Virus record (IMG/VR): IMGVR_UViG_3300033977_000108
Location: 62,001-126,000 of that record
DNA length: 64,000 bases
Reading direction: 5' to 3' (one strand)
A program made the translations under genes and the position numbers. Shown here piece after piece: positions 1 to 9,441 of this stretch. Within the stretch, counting starts at the first letter, position 1. Every line of letters starts with the position of its first letter. The notes beneath the pieces were generated by a model that saw only the letters and a list, made by a program, of their open reading frames with translations, searched no databases and had not been told where the DNA came from.

Positions 1-2103
1 GGTCCTTCTGGTTACACCGGCTATATGGGAAATACGGGGTATACTGGTTATACTGGTGGTACAGGGTATACAGGCACAAGCGCTACTGCCCCCCGTAGCG
101 GCAGAAAGGGCGATGGCGCGACGGGCATTGTAGTGTCGCCCTCCATGACCGTCTCGACAGACAATGTCTCCCTGAGCTTCTGGTTCAAGCCGCAAGCGCA
201 GCCTACTACCAGCACCGATGGCTCCATACTCGCTGCGGTTGACAACTGGCAGGCTATCGCAAGCTCTCATGCGATAAGCTTTGCCTGGAACGGCAAATCG
301 GGTGGATACGGTGCGGCGACGCTCTACTTCTCCACCTGGAGCGGCGTCAGCGACACATGGTATTTGGGCGTTGGCGCGCAAATCCCGAGCTCCTATTGGT
401 CTGGGATGGTCGGCATCTGGAACCACATTGCCTGCACCTTGCAATGGACGAATCCAGGATGCGTTGACACCATCTACCTGAACGGTACGCAGGTCGCCCA
501 GGTGACGGACAGCGGCGGCAATTATGAATATGGTCCCACCGGCTCGGGCTTCTATCTGAGCGCACTAAGCGGCTGTTGGGGCACGGCCAATACGGCGACC
601 GAGTATTCCAGCGACAGCGTGGCGGAGGTAGCGTTCTACGAATGCACGCTGACCGCTACAGATGTGACCAATCTCGCCAGTGGCGCTCCTGCCTCAACGG
701 TCGAGGCTTCCTCTCTCCAAGCCTATTGGAAGTTCATGGGCACCAGCCCAGAATCTGATTTGACCGGAAATAATAACAATGGCACAGTAACGGATACCAC
801 TATTGTATCTGGCCCAAGTGGCACAGCAGCGCTGGGCATGCCAGGAATGACGGGTTATACAGGATACACAGGAGCAGGTAATTTCACTGGGTATACGGGT
901 TATACAGGGTATACCGGTTATACGGGACGCACCGGGTATACCGGCTATACTGGTCCCGCAGGTGGCTCTGTATGGGCATGGCTGGGCAGTGCTTCGGGGA
1001 CTGCTATTACCCTGACTACCGCCAGCACTTGGTATGCTTTGGGCTCTTGGGGATTCAGTGGAACTTCTTTAGTAACGGTGAATACCAGCACTGGGATTAT
1101 TACTATTACCCAAGCTGGTACTTATTGTATTGATTTCTCAGGCGAGGTAACTTCATCTGCTACAGGGACCGTTGCCTTATTCCACAATAGCACCGAGCTT
1201 TATTCAGCCCAGGCGCTCGGAGGAACCAGCAATCAAACCATCTCCTTATCGGCAATTATTACCTGCGCCGCTGCTGATACACTAACGGTACAAGCACAGA
1301 GCGGAACCAGTGGGGCGACGGTTACACCAAACAACTCAACCCTTAGCGTCTCTTTAGTGGGCGGAATGGGGAATACAGGGTATACCGGTTCTACGGGATA
1401 TACAGGTCTTACGGGATATACGGGTTATACCAGCTATACCGGCTACACAGGGTATACCAGCTACACGGGCTACACTGGTTATACCAGCTATACAGGCTAC
1501 ACAGGGTATACTGGGGTAGGGAATTTTACTGGTTTTACAGGGTATACAGGATATACTGGTTATACCGGCATACCGGGCAGCGCGACAAGTACTGGGGCAA
1601 CGGGGTATACCGGGCCAAGCGAATGGTCCAGCATATCCCCCACTACTTCATCCACCTCGGTGCTCGGCTGCACCGTCTTCTCCGCCGGGACGTTTACCAT
1701 CTCAGCGGGTCAGACAAAGCGTTGGAAGTTGTCCGCCGCATACGGGACGTCCGGTTCCTACCCCGTCGGCTTCGTAATCTCACAGGGCGGCACCAACGGC
1801 TACGCCACGCAGGTTGCGGCGGGTGGCATAGGCATCTACTATACGACGAACTCTGGCTCTAGTTGGTCGGAGCCCGCCAGCACGTCCTGCACCAATACGG
1901 CGGGAACCTACATCGTCGATTTCGGCATTGCGGTAGACTCTGGCCATACCACATTATGGATAATGGTGAATGGTGCCCCTGCCTGTCAGTACGTGGATGC
2001 GACGCCCGTCCTGAACCTGACCAGCGGCACGAACTCGCTCTATCTCCGTCTAAACTCCAATTCCAGCAGCAATTTCAATGCCCTGTGGACTGCATCGCCA
2101 TAG
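1..2103 (+). CDS. Collagen-like (Gly-Tyr-Thr) fibre protein with LamG/ConA-like and C1q/BclA-CTD-like modules; 5' truncated by the window
   Basis: Frame 1 is open from base 1 (GPSGYTGYMGNTGYTG). GYT triplet tracts alternate with beta-rich domains: LSFWFKP..WNHIACT..IYLNG..AEVAFY (LamG-like) and GIITITQAGTYCIDF..AADTLTVQ (C1q/BclA-like). Confidence 0.8.
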   Translation, partial: GPSGYTGYMGNTGYTGYTGGTGYTGTSATAPRSGRKGDGATGIVVSPSMTVSTDNVSLSFWFKPQAQPTTSTDGSILAAVDNWQAIASSHAISFAWNGKSGGYGAATLYFSTWSGVSDTWYLGVGAQIPSSYWSGMVGIWNHIACTLQWTNPGCVDTIYLNGTQVAQVTDSGGNYEYGPTGSGFYLSALSGCWGTANTATEYSSDSVAEVAFYECTLTATDVTNLASGAPASTVEASSLQAYWKFMGTSPESDLTGNNNNGTVTDTTIVSGPSGTAALGMPGMTGYTGYTGAGNFTGYTGYTGYTGYTGRTGYTGYTGPAGGSVWAWLGSASGTAITLTTASTWYALGSWGFSGTSLVTVNTSTGIITITQAGTYCIDFSGEVTSSATGTVALFHNSTELYSAQALGGTSNQTISLSAIITCAAADTLTVQAQSGTSGATVTPNNSTLSVSLVGGMGNTGYTGSTGYTGLTGYTGYTSYTGYTGYTSYTGYTGYTSYTGYTGYTGVGNFTGFTGYTGYTGYTGIPGSATSTGATGYTGPSEWSSISPTTSSTSVLGCTVFSAGTFTISAGQTKRWKLSAAYGTSGSYPVGFVISQGGTNGYATQVAAGGIGIYYTTNSGSSWSEPASTSCTNTAGTYIVDFGIAVDSGHTTLWIMVNGAPACQYVDATPVLNLTSGTNSLYLRLNSNSSSNFNALWTASP
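1426..1506 (+). repeat. Three degenerate 27-nt tandem repeats encoding YTSYTGYTG
   Basis: tataccagctataccggctacacaggg / tataccagctacacgggctacactggt / tataccagctatacaggctacacaggg. Confidence 0.85.
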
Positions 2104-2142
2104 CGGCACGCCCGACCCAGGGCTGGTTATATTCTCATAATC

Positions 2143-2153
2143 TGTGCTATAAT
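2143..2153 (+). promoter_or_regulatory. Extended -10 sigma70-type promoter for the GIY-YIG gene
   Basis: TGTGcTATAAT followed by GAGGAG RBS (2161-2166) and ATG at 2175. Confidence 0.6.
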
Positions 2154-2174
2154 ACTCAATGAGGAGAACACCGC

Positions 2175-2930
2175 ATGAGTGTCGAATTCAGCGTTTGCCC
2201 TAATAAAGAACCCAACAATAAGTCTATCTCTATCTATCTTATTATCAATAAGCTAAATCACAAAATGTATGTTGGACAAACCTACAGGAGCTTGAAAAAG
2301 CGCTGGTGGGAGCATTGTCGTGGAACTCAATGTAGGGTTCTGGGCAGAGCTATACGCAAATACAAGTCTGAGAACTTTATTATCACACCAATAGTATCCG
2401 TGTTTATGGAAAAAGAGGCCGATGCATTGGAAACGGAATACATAAGCTTTTTTGATACTATGAATCCGTCCAAAGAATACAATCTTACATCTGGAGGCGG
2501 TAGGGGAAGAATGCTATCCAATGAATCCAGAGATAAAATGTCCGAATCAAAAAAGGGCGAAGCAAATCCACATCGTAACTTGATGAATAATAGCCAAAAA
2601 TACAGAATGAACTGGAAAGAGAACATGAAAAAGGCAATACATGGACATCCACATTGGGATTGGACTGGAAAATCCCCAGCGGCAATAAGCAGATACCTGA
2701 GAGTTCATTTTGGCGAGCCTAACAAATGCGAAAACGTTCATTGTATATACCCTCGTAAGATTGGTAAAAAGGGAAAATTACTACAGAAACCTACTGGATA
2801 CAAGTGGATAAATATCACTGATAATAATCTATCAAAGACTAGAGATGCTTGGCGCATATTATGTAATAGTTGCGCTTCATTCTGGAAGTGGAATGGCTTT
2901 GGTAATAAAAGTGAGGTGTGCTTTGCCTGA
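2175..2930 (+). CDS. Free-standing GIY-YIG homing endonuclease
   Basis: SIYLIINKLNHKMYVGQT..RWWEH..E..YNLTSGG, NUMOD3-like SNESRDKMSESKKG; AT-rich relative to flanks. Confidence 0.9.
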   Translation: MSVEFSVCPNKEPNNKSISIYLIINKLNHKMYVGQTYRSLKKRWWEHCRGTQCRVLGRAIRKYKSENFIITPIVSVFMEKEADALETEYISFFDTMNPSKEYNLTSGGGRGRMLSNESRDKMSESKKGEANPHRNLMNNSQKYRMNWKENMKKAIHGHPHWDWTGKSPAAISRYLRVHFGEPNKCENVHCIYPRKIGKKGKLLQKPTGYKWINITDNNLSKTRDAWRILCNSCASFWKWNGFGNKSEVCFA

Positions 2931-5463
2931 AAAACCCTTATGGTCAATAGTAAATATTATGCGAAACGAAGAAGCTCAGCTTCCTGGTCTAGCCGCTTCA
3001 TTAAGAGAATTCTTGGGGCGCGGTGGGGACTGGATTATCCTTGACACAGGGTCGATTGATAATAGCGTAAAAATTGCCAAGTCTCTTGGAGCGCGAGTTT
3101 TCGAAGCAGGGGAAAAGTTTATCTTTGCCATAAACGAGGATACAGCCAATAAAATAAATGAACGATTTATTATTCCTCCTGAAGAGCCTATCATAAAAGC
3201 CGGCGATAAGCTTTTTGATTATTCAAGTGCCAGAAATGAAGCTGCAAGCTATGCGCTGAATGATATGTGTCAGATGCCAGATGTAGATGAGAAATTCACG
3301 AAATGTGATATAGATTATATCAATGATGTAATAAGACAAGGCTATACACAAATAGAGTTCTCCTTTATTTTTGCGCATCTACCAAATGGCAAACCAGCTG
3401 TCCAATTCAGACAATCAAAAAGCTACAATCGCAAAATAATGAAATGGGTAGGCTATGTTCATGAAGTCCTTCAAGGAGATGCTAAACGAATCTACATTCC
3501 TCCAGATAAGCTTCTATTAGAGCACTTCCAGGCGCCACAGGCGCATCGTAGCCGATACATGGCAGGTCTCGCTTTAGATTGCTGGCAACATCCAGATAAC
3601 GATAGGAATTCCCACTACCTCGCCCGCGAACTATTCTGGAGCGGTCGCTATCATTCTGCAATTAAGGAATTTACGCGCCATGTCGCCATGAACCGTTGGA
3701 TACAAGAGCGCGGGGAATCAATGATTTTCATAGGCGATGCCCATTTAGCCCTGGGTGATGAGGAGAAAGCCATAGAGGCCTGGCATAAGGCTATTCAGAT
3801 AGATGATACGAGGCGCGCGGCCTGGATGCACCTGGCAGACCTTTATTGTAAAAAGAATAATCCACAGAGAGTTATTTGCTATTGTACCGCGGCCCTGGAA
3901 ATCCCGCCTAATGACTGCTACATGAATTTGAGTGCTCATTATACCTTTGAGCCTCACGAGCGTCTCTATTGGGCTTATAATGCCTTGGGCAACAAAGAAA
4001 AGGCCAAGGAGCACTGGAAGAAAGCATTTGACTATTGGCCTGATAACCCTAAGTTCCTGGCTGATAAGCAGTACTATGACCCAGCATCAGAGGAAGAGAT
4101 ACTACCGAAACTGGCTATTCTTCTTCCTACTTTGGGCCGGCCGGAAGGGTTAGAACGATGCCTGGAATCCATTCGTAAATCATTCTATCCAAAAGATTTG
4201 ATTACTGTCTATACAGATGACGATGCGGAAGCCTCCGTCCCTGTAAAAGTAAATCGTCTGGCAAAGGCTCATCTAGATGTGGATGCTTATGTCTATGCTG
4301 CCAATGATGTAGTGTTTGAGACCTTTTCTCTTCGTGATGCCGCCCGCGCCTCAAAAGAGCATGGATTGGTAGCCTTCAATTCAGGAGACCTCTACCCAGA
4401 CCAAGGGAACATCTGCGAGCACTTTATCATTACCAAGAATCTGGTGGATAAACTGGGAGAGATTTTCTGTGAGCGGTTCCATCATGTGGGCTGTGATAAT
4501 CTGCTCTGGGCGAAAGCCAGCAAGTTGGGGCAGGCCTATCGTTGTGAGGCGGCTATTATAAAACACCATCACTTTGCCAAGGGTGAGCCAATGGATGCCG
4601 TTTATGAGCGCGGCTGGTCGCAGGTGGAACAGGACCGCGCCATACTGAAAGAAGAACTGGCTAAACTTGAAGATCCCAACCGCGTAGAAGTGATAACCAA
4701 CATCCCCAAGCGTATCTTCACCATCTTCTTGAACGATTATGACGGAATGCCTTCAGTAGCCAAGAGATGCTTCCCTACGCACCAACTGCCTGGCTATGAG
4801 CATCGCTTCATTACAATGAAGAACGCCTACCTGGAGGCGCCCTACATTCAACAGGCCCTGGCCTCGAATAATAAAACCAAGTGGGTAAAGATTGCTGATT
4901 ATCTACGCATCTGGTATCTGCTGACAGAGGGCGGAATCTATGTGGATTCGGACATGGAAATCTTGCCGGGGAAGAACTTTGACCAGTTCTTACATTATAG
5001 GATGTTCGCCGGTAAAGAACACAATGGCTGGATAAGCAATGCCCTCATGGGTGCCGAAAAGGGCTATCCGTTCTTATCTGCTTGGCTGACTTACATGGAA
5101 AAGAACTTCCGCGGCGATGATGGGAAGGTCTATGAAGCCGCTATGGAGCCCATGACTAAGAACTACTGGCCTGGTGGCTCGGTTTTTTCTTATAATAACT
5201 TGGCCGATGTCATGGACCAGAAGCCTGGGGCTGCGAAAACTTTGTATCAGGAACCGCCTAATCCAGGCTGGTATAGGGAAGGCTTCATAGTTTATCCCCC
5301 AGAGTATTTCAATAACTTTGATCCAAGGACTTGGAAGCACGTAGTAAGCCCAGAGACCATAGCGATACATCACTTCACTAATGCATGGTTAGAAAGACGC
5401 CAGCAGCGCCCTTGTTGCGATTGGCAAAGCGATTGGGAAACGTGGCGCGAAAGAGGGAGTTAA
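2923..5463 (+). CDS. Multi-domain glycosyltransferase: GT2 + TPR + GT2-like + GT32-like (DxD)
   Basis: MRNEE..ILDTGSIDNS..DYSSARN..DVDE; TPR helices; ILLPTLGRPE..ANDV; IPKRIFTI..ADYLRIWYLLTEGGIYVDSD..AIHHFTNAW. TTG start at 2923 after GAGGTG is preferred over 2845. Confidence 0.85.
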   Translation: MPEKPLWSIVNIMRNEEAQLPGLAASLREFLGRGGDWIILDTGSIDNSVKIAKSLGARVFEAGEKFIFAINEDTANKINERFIIPPEEPIIKAGDKLFDYSSARNEAASYALNDMCQMPDVDEKFTKCDIDYINDVIRQGYTQIEFSFIFAHLPNGKPAVQFRQSKSYNRKIMKWVGYVHEVLQGDAKRIYIPPDKLLLEHFQAPQAHRSRYMAGLALDCWQHPDNDRNSHYLARELFWSGRYHSAIKEFTRHVAMNRWIQERGESMIFIGDAHLALGDEEKAIEAWHKAIQIDDTRRAAWMHLADLYCKKNNPQRVICYCTAALEIPPNDCYMNLSAHYTFEPHERLYWAYNALGNKEKAKEHWKKAFDYWPDNPKFLADKQYYDPASEEEILPKLAILLPTLGRPEGLERCLESIRKSFYPKDLITVYTDDDAEASVPVKVNRLAKAHLDVDAYVYAANDVVFETFSLRDAARASKEHGLVAFNSGDLYPDQGNICEHFIITKNLVDKLGEIFCERFHHVGCDNLLWAKASKLGQAYRCEAAIIKHHHFAKGEPMDAVYERGWSQVEQDRAILKEELAKLEDPNRVEVITNIPKRIFTIFLNDYDGMPSVAKRCFPTHQLPGYEHRFITMKNAYLEAPYIQQALASNNKTKWVKIADYLRIWYLLTEGGIYVDSDMEILPGKNFDQFLHYRMFAGKEHNGWISNALMGAEKGYPFLSAWLTYMEKNFRGDDGKVYEAAMEPMTKNYWPGGSVFSYNNLADVMDQKPGAAKTLYQEPPNPGWYREGFIVYPPEYFNNFDPRTWKHVVSPETIAIHHFTNAWLERRQQRPCCDWQSDWETWRERGS

Positions 5464-5466
5464 GGA

Positions 5467-6441
5467 ATGAAAATCGCTATCGTCTATCCAACTCTCTTAC
5501 CACTAGCCTGGGATGTATCTGGCGGCATCGTCCATACTTTGCGGAAGCTCGGGCACCTGGTGATGGAGATGCCTCAGTCCATAGAGTGCCATACTTCGGT
5601 CAACTGGTGGTCACGGCTTGATGAAATAAACGCTGGAGATTTATTCTTACTGATAGCCCCGGAATGGGCTATTGAGGGAGATGGCTATTGTGGGTATCAT
5701 AATGCCGAGCCTAAACCTAAAATAGATAGTATTCTATCAATGATAAAGATAAAGAAGGCGGCACTATTCACCGAAAATCAAGTGGTGGATGATGGGAAGA
5801 AGACCTTTGATTTCAAGCAGATAGCTTCAATGTTTGATTTCAATTTCTTTATTACAGCGCAGGAGGCTGCGCTCACAGGCGGTCTTTGGCTGCCGCCTGC
5901 CGTGGATACGGATATGTTTCATCCCACTGGGCAGCTGCGCACGATAGAAATAGCCGCGCCAGGAACAAGTTGGTCTGAAAGTAAAAGAGATTTCCTTTAT
6001 AGATACAGCCAAATAGCGTCTCCTCAATATATCCCTGTTGTGGGCAAATGCATAGTAGAGAACTTGGATGGAATCAGCCTGTACGAAACCGCCAAGCTAC
6101 TGGCTTATGATTATAACCGGGTAAAAATAGTAGTATCTTTACCCCCATGGAAGAATCATGTACCTACCTTTCTTCCTTTGCGGGCTACCGACGCAATGGC
6201 TTGTGGTTGTTGTGTTCTCACGCCGGTGCTCCGTGGCGCAGCGGCTGAAAATAGCAAGTTTATAAATGGAGTAGACCTTTTCTATTATGAGCCGACGCCC
6301 GCGGGCTTGTTAGAGACATTGCTGCGCGTAATAGACAAGCCAGAGAAACGCGACGCAGTAGCTGCCCGCGCTCCGCTCGCGATACAAGATGGAAATACTT
6401 TGGAGCAGCGAATGGAGACTATGCTGTCAGTTTGCTCATAG
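5467..6441 (+). CDS. GT-B (GT4/CgeB-like) glycosyltransferase
   Basis: WLPPAVDTDMFHP; LRATDAMACGCCVLT; C-terminal NTLEQRMETML. Confidence 0.7.
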   Translation: MKIAIVYPTLLPLAWDVSGGIVHTLRKLGHLVMEMPQSIECHTSVNWWSRLDEINAGDLFLLIAPEWAIEGDGYCGYHNAEPKPKIDSILSMIKIKKAALFTENQVVDDGKKTFDFKQIASMFDFNFFITAQEAALTGGLWLPPAVDTDMFHPTGQLRTIEIAAPGTSWSESKRDFLYRYSQIASPQYIPVVGKCIVENLDGISLYETAKLLAYDYNRVKIVVSLPPWKNHVPTFLPLRATDAMACGCCVLTPVLRGAAAENSKFINGVDLFYYEPTPAGLLETLLRVIDKPEKRDAVAARAPLAIQDGNTLEQRMETMLSVCS

Positions 6442-6450
6442 GATATTGCT

Positions 6451-7548
6451 ATGCTTTATCTAAACATGATAGTAAGAGACGAAGCTTCTTGTATCAAGCG
6501 CTGCCTTGATTCCATCAAACCATATATACAGGGCTGGGCTATCCTGGATACTGGTTCCACCGATGGGACGCAGGATATTATAAGGAAGGAATTAGCCAAT
6601 CTGCCCGGTGAATTGAGAGAGGCTGATTTCACAGACTTTGCCACAGCCAGAAATAAGGCTCTGGTACTTGCGAGGGCTTGGACTACGGAAGAGGATTATC
6701 TCCTGCTGATGGATGCTGATGAGGAACTCAAACAAGAAGAAAATACTATATTTCCTACCTTATCAGCAGATGTCTATGATTCCCTGATTCGTCTGGGGGG
6801 CTGTGAGTATTGGCGCACGCTAATCATCAAAGCACATTGGCCTTGGAAGTGGGCGGGCCCCTGCCATGAAAGAATTGCCTGCGATGGCCCTTTCACAAGA
6901 GATAAAATACGAGGTTTCTGGCGGCAGGCGTATCAGCATAAAGAAGAAGATAAAAAGGAGAGATCTCTCTGGTATGCCGCCATGCTGGAAAAAGAGATGG
7001 ATAAAGACCCGAAGGATGCGCGTGCTTGTTTCTATTGGGCGCAAAGCCTGCGGGATGCCGGAGAGTTGGAAAAGGCTGCGTTAGGCTATCGGCGTCGGGC
7101 TACGATGGGCGGCTTCCAAGAAGAAGTTTACATTTCTCTTCTCAATGTCGCCCGTATTTATGAGCGATTGAACAAGCCGGAAGATGTAGTAATAAACGCT
7201 TATCTAATGGCCGCTGCGTCTCGTCCTTCGCGCGCCGAAGCGTTAGGTAGCCTGATGTATTATCTGCGCAGCAGGAAGCGTTTCTATGAAGCTGCTCTTA
7301 TAGCCAGAGAAGCTTGCACGCTAATGCCAACCAATGACCTGCTATTCGTGGAACCAGAATGGGTCAATTGGCGTATCTTGGATGAGGCCTCCATCTCCTA
7401 TACTTGGGCCGGCCGCCTACGCCAAGCAAGAAATGCTATCTTGGCATTAATTACCAGACCTATCCCAGAGGCGCATAAACAGCGCATAGAAGCGAACCGC
7501 GACCTAATCATAAAAGCAGCAACCCCGCCAAATAAGCCTCAATCATAG
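6451..7548 (+). CDS. GT2 glycosyltransferase with TPR domain
   Basis: LNMIVRDEA..ILDTGSTDGT..DFATARNKAL..LMDADE..HE; TPR repeats; paralogue of the N-terminus of 2923..5463. Confidence 0.88.
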   Translation: MLYLNMIVRDEASCIKRCLDSIKPYIQGWAILDTGSTDGTQDIIRKELANLPGELREADFTDFATARNKALVLARAWTTEEDYLLLMDADEELKQEENTIFPTLSADVYDSLIRLGGCEYWRTLIIKAHWPWKWAGPCHERIACDGPFTRDKIRGFWRQAYQHKEEDKKERSLWYAAMLEKEMDKDPKDARACFYWAQSLRDAGELEKAALGYRRRATMGGFQEEVYISLLNVARIYERLNKPEDVVINAYLMAAASRPSRAEALGSLMYYLRSRKRFYEAALIAREACTLMPTNDLLFVEPEWVNWRILDEASISYTWAGRLRQARNAILALITRPIPEAHKQRIEANRDLIIKAATPPNKPQS

Positions 7549-7569
7549 AACAACATACGGACTTCTTCT

Positions 7570-7585
7570 ACCTATACTAACCAGG
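7570..7585 (+). promoter_or_regulatory. Repeated intergenic motif ACCTATACTAACCAGG (copy 1), candidate phage late promoter
   Basis: 16/16 identical to 11024-11039; 12-nt core also at 33751-33762. Confidence 0.55.
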
Positions 7586-7639
7586 TGTGGATAGTAGTAT
7601 CGCCTGCGAGCGTATCCTATGAAGTTTAGACGAGGCCTT

Positions 7640-8104
7640 ATGCCTAACGGACATCACCCAGATTGCACTTCCCTGCACGTCAACTGGGCAGCCTGGCTTA
7701 CTATCATTACTGTTTTATGCGCCCTATTTGCTTTCGGCGGCTATCTCTTGTCTGACCGCACCAGCATTTCATCCAGCATTGTCAATCTCACCGACCGGGT
7801 GAGCACGCTGGAAAAGAAGATGGACAACTTTGAAGTCAGCCACAACACCATCGTGCTGCCTTCCTTGTCGCGCATCGAGCAGTCCCTGGAAGACATTGAC
7901 AAGCGGATAGACGACATTCAGCAGCAAGAGAGGGCTGACCATCCCAGACAAGCAAGGATGAGGCCCGTTAGTTCGCTGCTTTCCGCCGCCCCGCAAAGCC
8001 TGGCACAAGCCTATGACCCGCCAGCAGACAAGCCGAAAGCGGACAAGCCAGTGCCGAAGGCGCGACAGAAGCACATTATAAAAGTGGAGTTGCCGAAGTC
8101 ATAA
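7640..8104 (+). CDS. Single-TM membrane protein with coiled coil (holin/spanin-like architecture, function unknown)
   Basis: WAAWLTIITVLCALFAFGGYLL, then heptads and a Lys/Pro tail; GAGG RBS before ATG 7640. Confidence 0.55.
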   Translation: MPNGHHPDCTSLHVNWAAWLTIITVLCALFAFGGYLLSDRTSISSSIVNLTDRVSTLEKKMDNFEVSHNTIVLPSLSRIEQSLEDIDKRIDDIQQQERADHPRQARMRPVSSLLSAAPQSLAQAYDPPADKPKADKPVPKARQKHIIKVELPKS

Positions 8105-8107
8105 TAT

Positions 8108-8875
8108 ATGATAAACGACAATCTCGTAATCACCATCTCAGTACCCCAAACGCTCAAACTAACCGATGGCAGAATAATGGGGCAAAGCGCCACATTTTCT
8201 GTCGTTGGTGATTTGCATCCTTACTACTGCTCCGTGGATGAAGTGCGCCTGGAAGGCGGCACATACCTGCGGCGTGTAGTGGATTTGACCATCGCCAGCA
8301 TGATTTATCACATCTCCAGGGAAGCTGATGTGCTGAGTTATAGCCATCCTTTCATGCCGCCGGAAGATACTCCCGAGTGGGACCCAGTAATGAAGAGATG
8401 GAGAAACTTTGAATGGGCGCGAGAACACTTTGTCCATTGTGAAGCCGCGAGAAATCTGATCCTGAATGTCTTTGATTTGGCTGGCACGCGTGGGCATCGT
8501 ACCTTGGGAAACTTTGCTATCTCTCGTCAAGAGTTCACGCGCGAAGAAGGGCTCCCTGGTAAGCTCCGCGATCTCGAAAAAGAAGTTAAAGAGATGAAGC
8601 TCATGCTGAAAAGCGGAGCTACCATCGGGCCAGGCGGCCACGTAAGACCGAGAATGGCGGCGAAGTATCTATATGATAGCAATGATATTCCAAGGCCTGG
8701 CCGGCTATGGATAACCAGCGGGCCTGGCGCCAATGCAGTTACTATTGGTTCTCGTAGTTCTACTGGAGGCCATGGCAAGCCCACGAAGTATTACAGCCCA
8801 TTCTACGTTGCTCGTAGACTCGGCAGATATACTGGTCCGGTGATTACCTCTGTAGGCTACTTCGGGGTGATCTAA
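8108..8875 (+). CDS. Putative head-tail adaptor/neck protein
   Basis: YCSVDEVR-type start of a helical domain; lies upstream of the putative stopper, terminator and sheath genes (synteny-based). Confidence 0.45.
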   Translation: MINDNLVITISVPQTLKLTDGRIMGQSATFSVVGDLHPYYCSVDEVRLEGGTYLRRVVDLTIASMIYHISREADVLSYSHPFMPPEDTPEWDPVMKRWRNFEWAREHFVHCEAARNLILNVFDLAGTRGHRTLGNFAISRQEFTREEGLPGKLRDLEKEVKEMKLMLKSGATIGPGGHVRPRMAAKYLYDSNDIPRPGRLWITSGPGANAVTIGSRSSTGGHGKPTKYYSPFYVARRLGRYTGPVITSVGYFGVI

Positions 8876-8976
8876 TGCTGATAAAGATTCTAATAGGATT
8901 CGCGCTTAGCATTGCTGCATTGCTGTATCTCTGTTGGAAGTGGATTGAGAAACATCCTCCGTTCATGGGTGGGTAA
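8875..8976 (+). CDS. 33-aa hydrophobic microprotein
   Basis: TAATG-coupled; MLIKILIGFALSIAALLYLCWKWIEKHPPFMGG exactly fills the gap to the next ATG. Confidence 0.5.
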   Translation: MLIKILIGFALSIAALLYLCWKWIEKHPPFMGG

Positions 8977-9258
8977 ATGCTTGAAGATAAAAGACCTAAG
9001 AAATCTCCTCCAAATAAGCCACCCTATCCACCTGGCGACCATCCTATCTCTGTGCGGCCTACGGTAAATCCGTCTGCCAAATCCGTAGCATCGCCCAAGA
9101 GTAGGAAATCGCATCCAGGTCCCAAGGCTGCTCTTCCTAAGCCAGGCGTGCCCAAACTGGCGAAATCTAGCTGGTCAACTTCGCCTCCGGTGGGTCATTT
9201 TACCAAAAAACGACCACATATCCCTTCCTATTTCCATAGGCGGGCATTTCTTATCTAG
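8977..9258 (+). CDS. Basic Lys/Pro/Ser-rich small protein
   Basis: 93 aa, low complexity, abuts upstream stop. Confidence 0.55.
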   Translation: MLEDKRPKKSPPNKPPYPPGDHPISVRPTVNPSAKSVASPKSRKSHPGPKAALPKPGVPKLAKSSWSTSPPVGHFTKKRPHIPSYFHRRAFLI

Positions 9259-9266
9259 GAGCATTT

Positions 9267-9425
9267 ATGGCAGGTTCGCTGATAGAACAAGATGAGCCGG
9301 TTATAACACAGGCGCCATCGCCGAGGCCTAATCCATACTTCCCCAATCGCGGCATCCTGCCGAATGAGATTCAGCAGCCTCCACCTTATCCTCTGCCGCA
9401 TACGGAACCAGTGCCAAAATCATAA
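9267..9425 (+). CDS. 52-aa Pro-rich microprotein
   Basis: AGGAG RBS; MAGSLIEQDEPVITQAPSPRPNPYFPNRG...PKS. Confidence 0.55.
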   Translation: MAGSLIEQDEPVITQAPSPRPNPYFPNRGILPNEIQQPPPYPLPHTEPVPKS

Positions 9426-9441
9426 GATAGGTAAGTAATTG

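Noticed and set aside
2845-2922. ORF-track N-terminal extensions (also at 10080, 14517, 44617, 52354, 54409)
   Set aside because: They overlap upstream genes or a terminator; downstream starts with an RBS or coupling fit better.
7575-7581. TACTAAC (yeast branch-point sequence) within the repeated motif
   Set aside because: Prokaryotic phage context with intact ORFs and no splice signals; coincidental.
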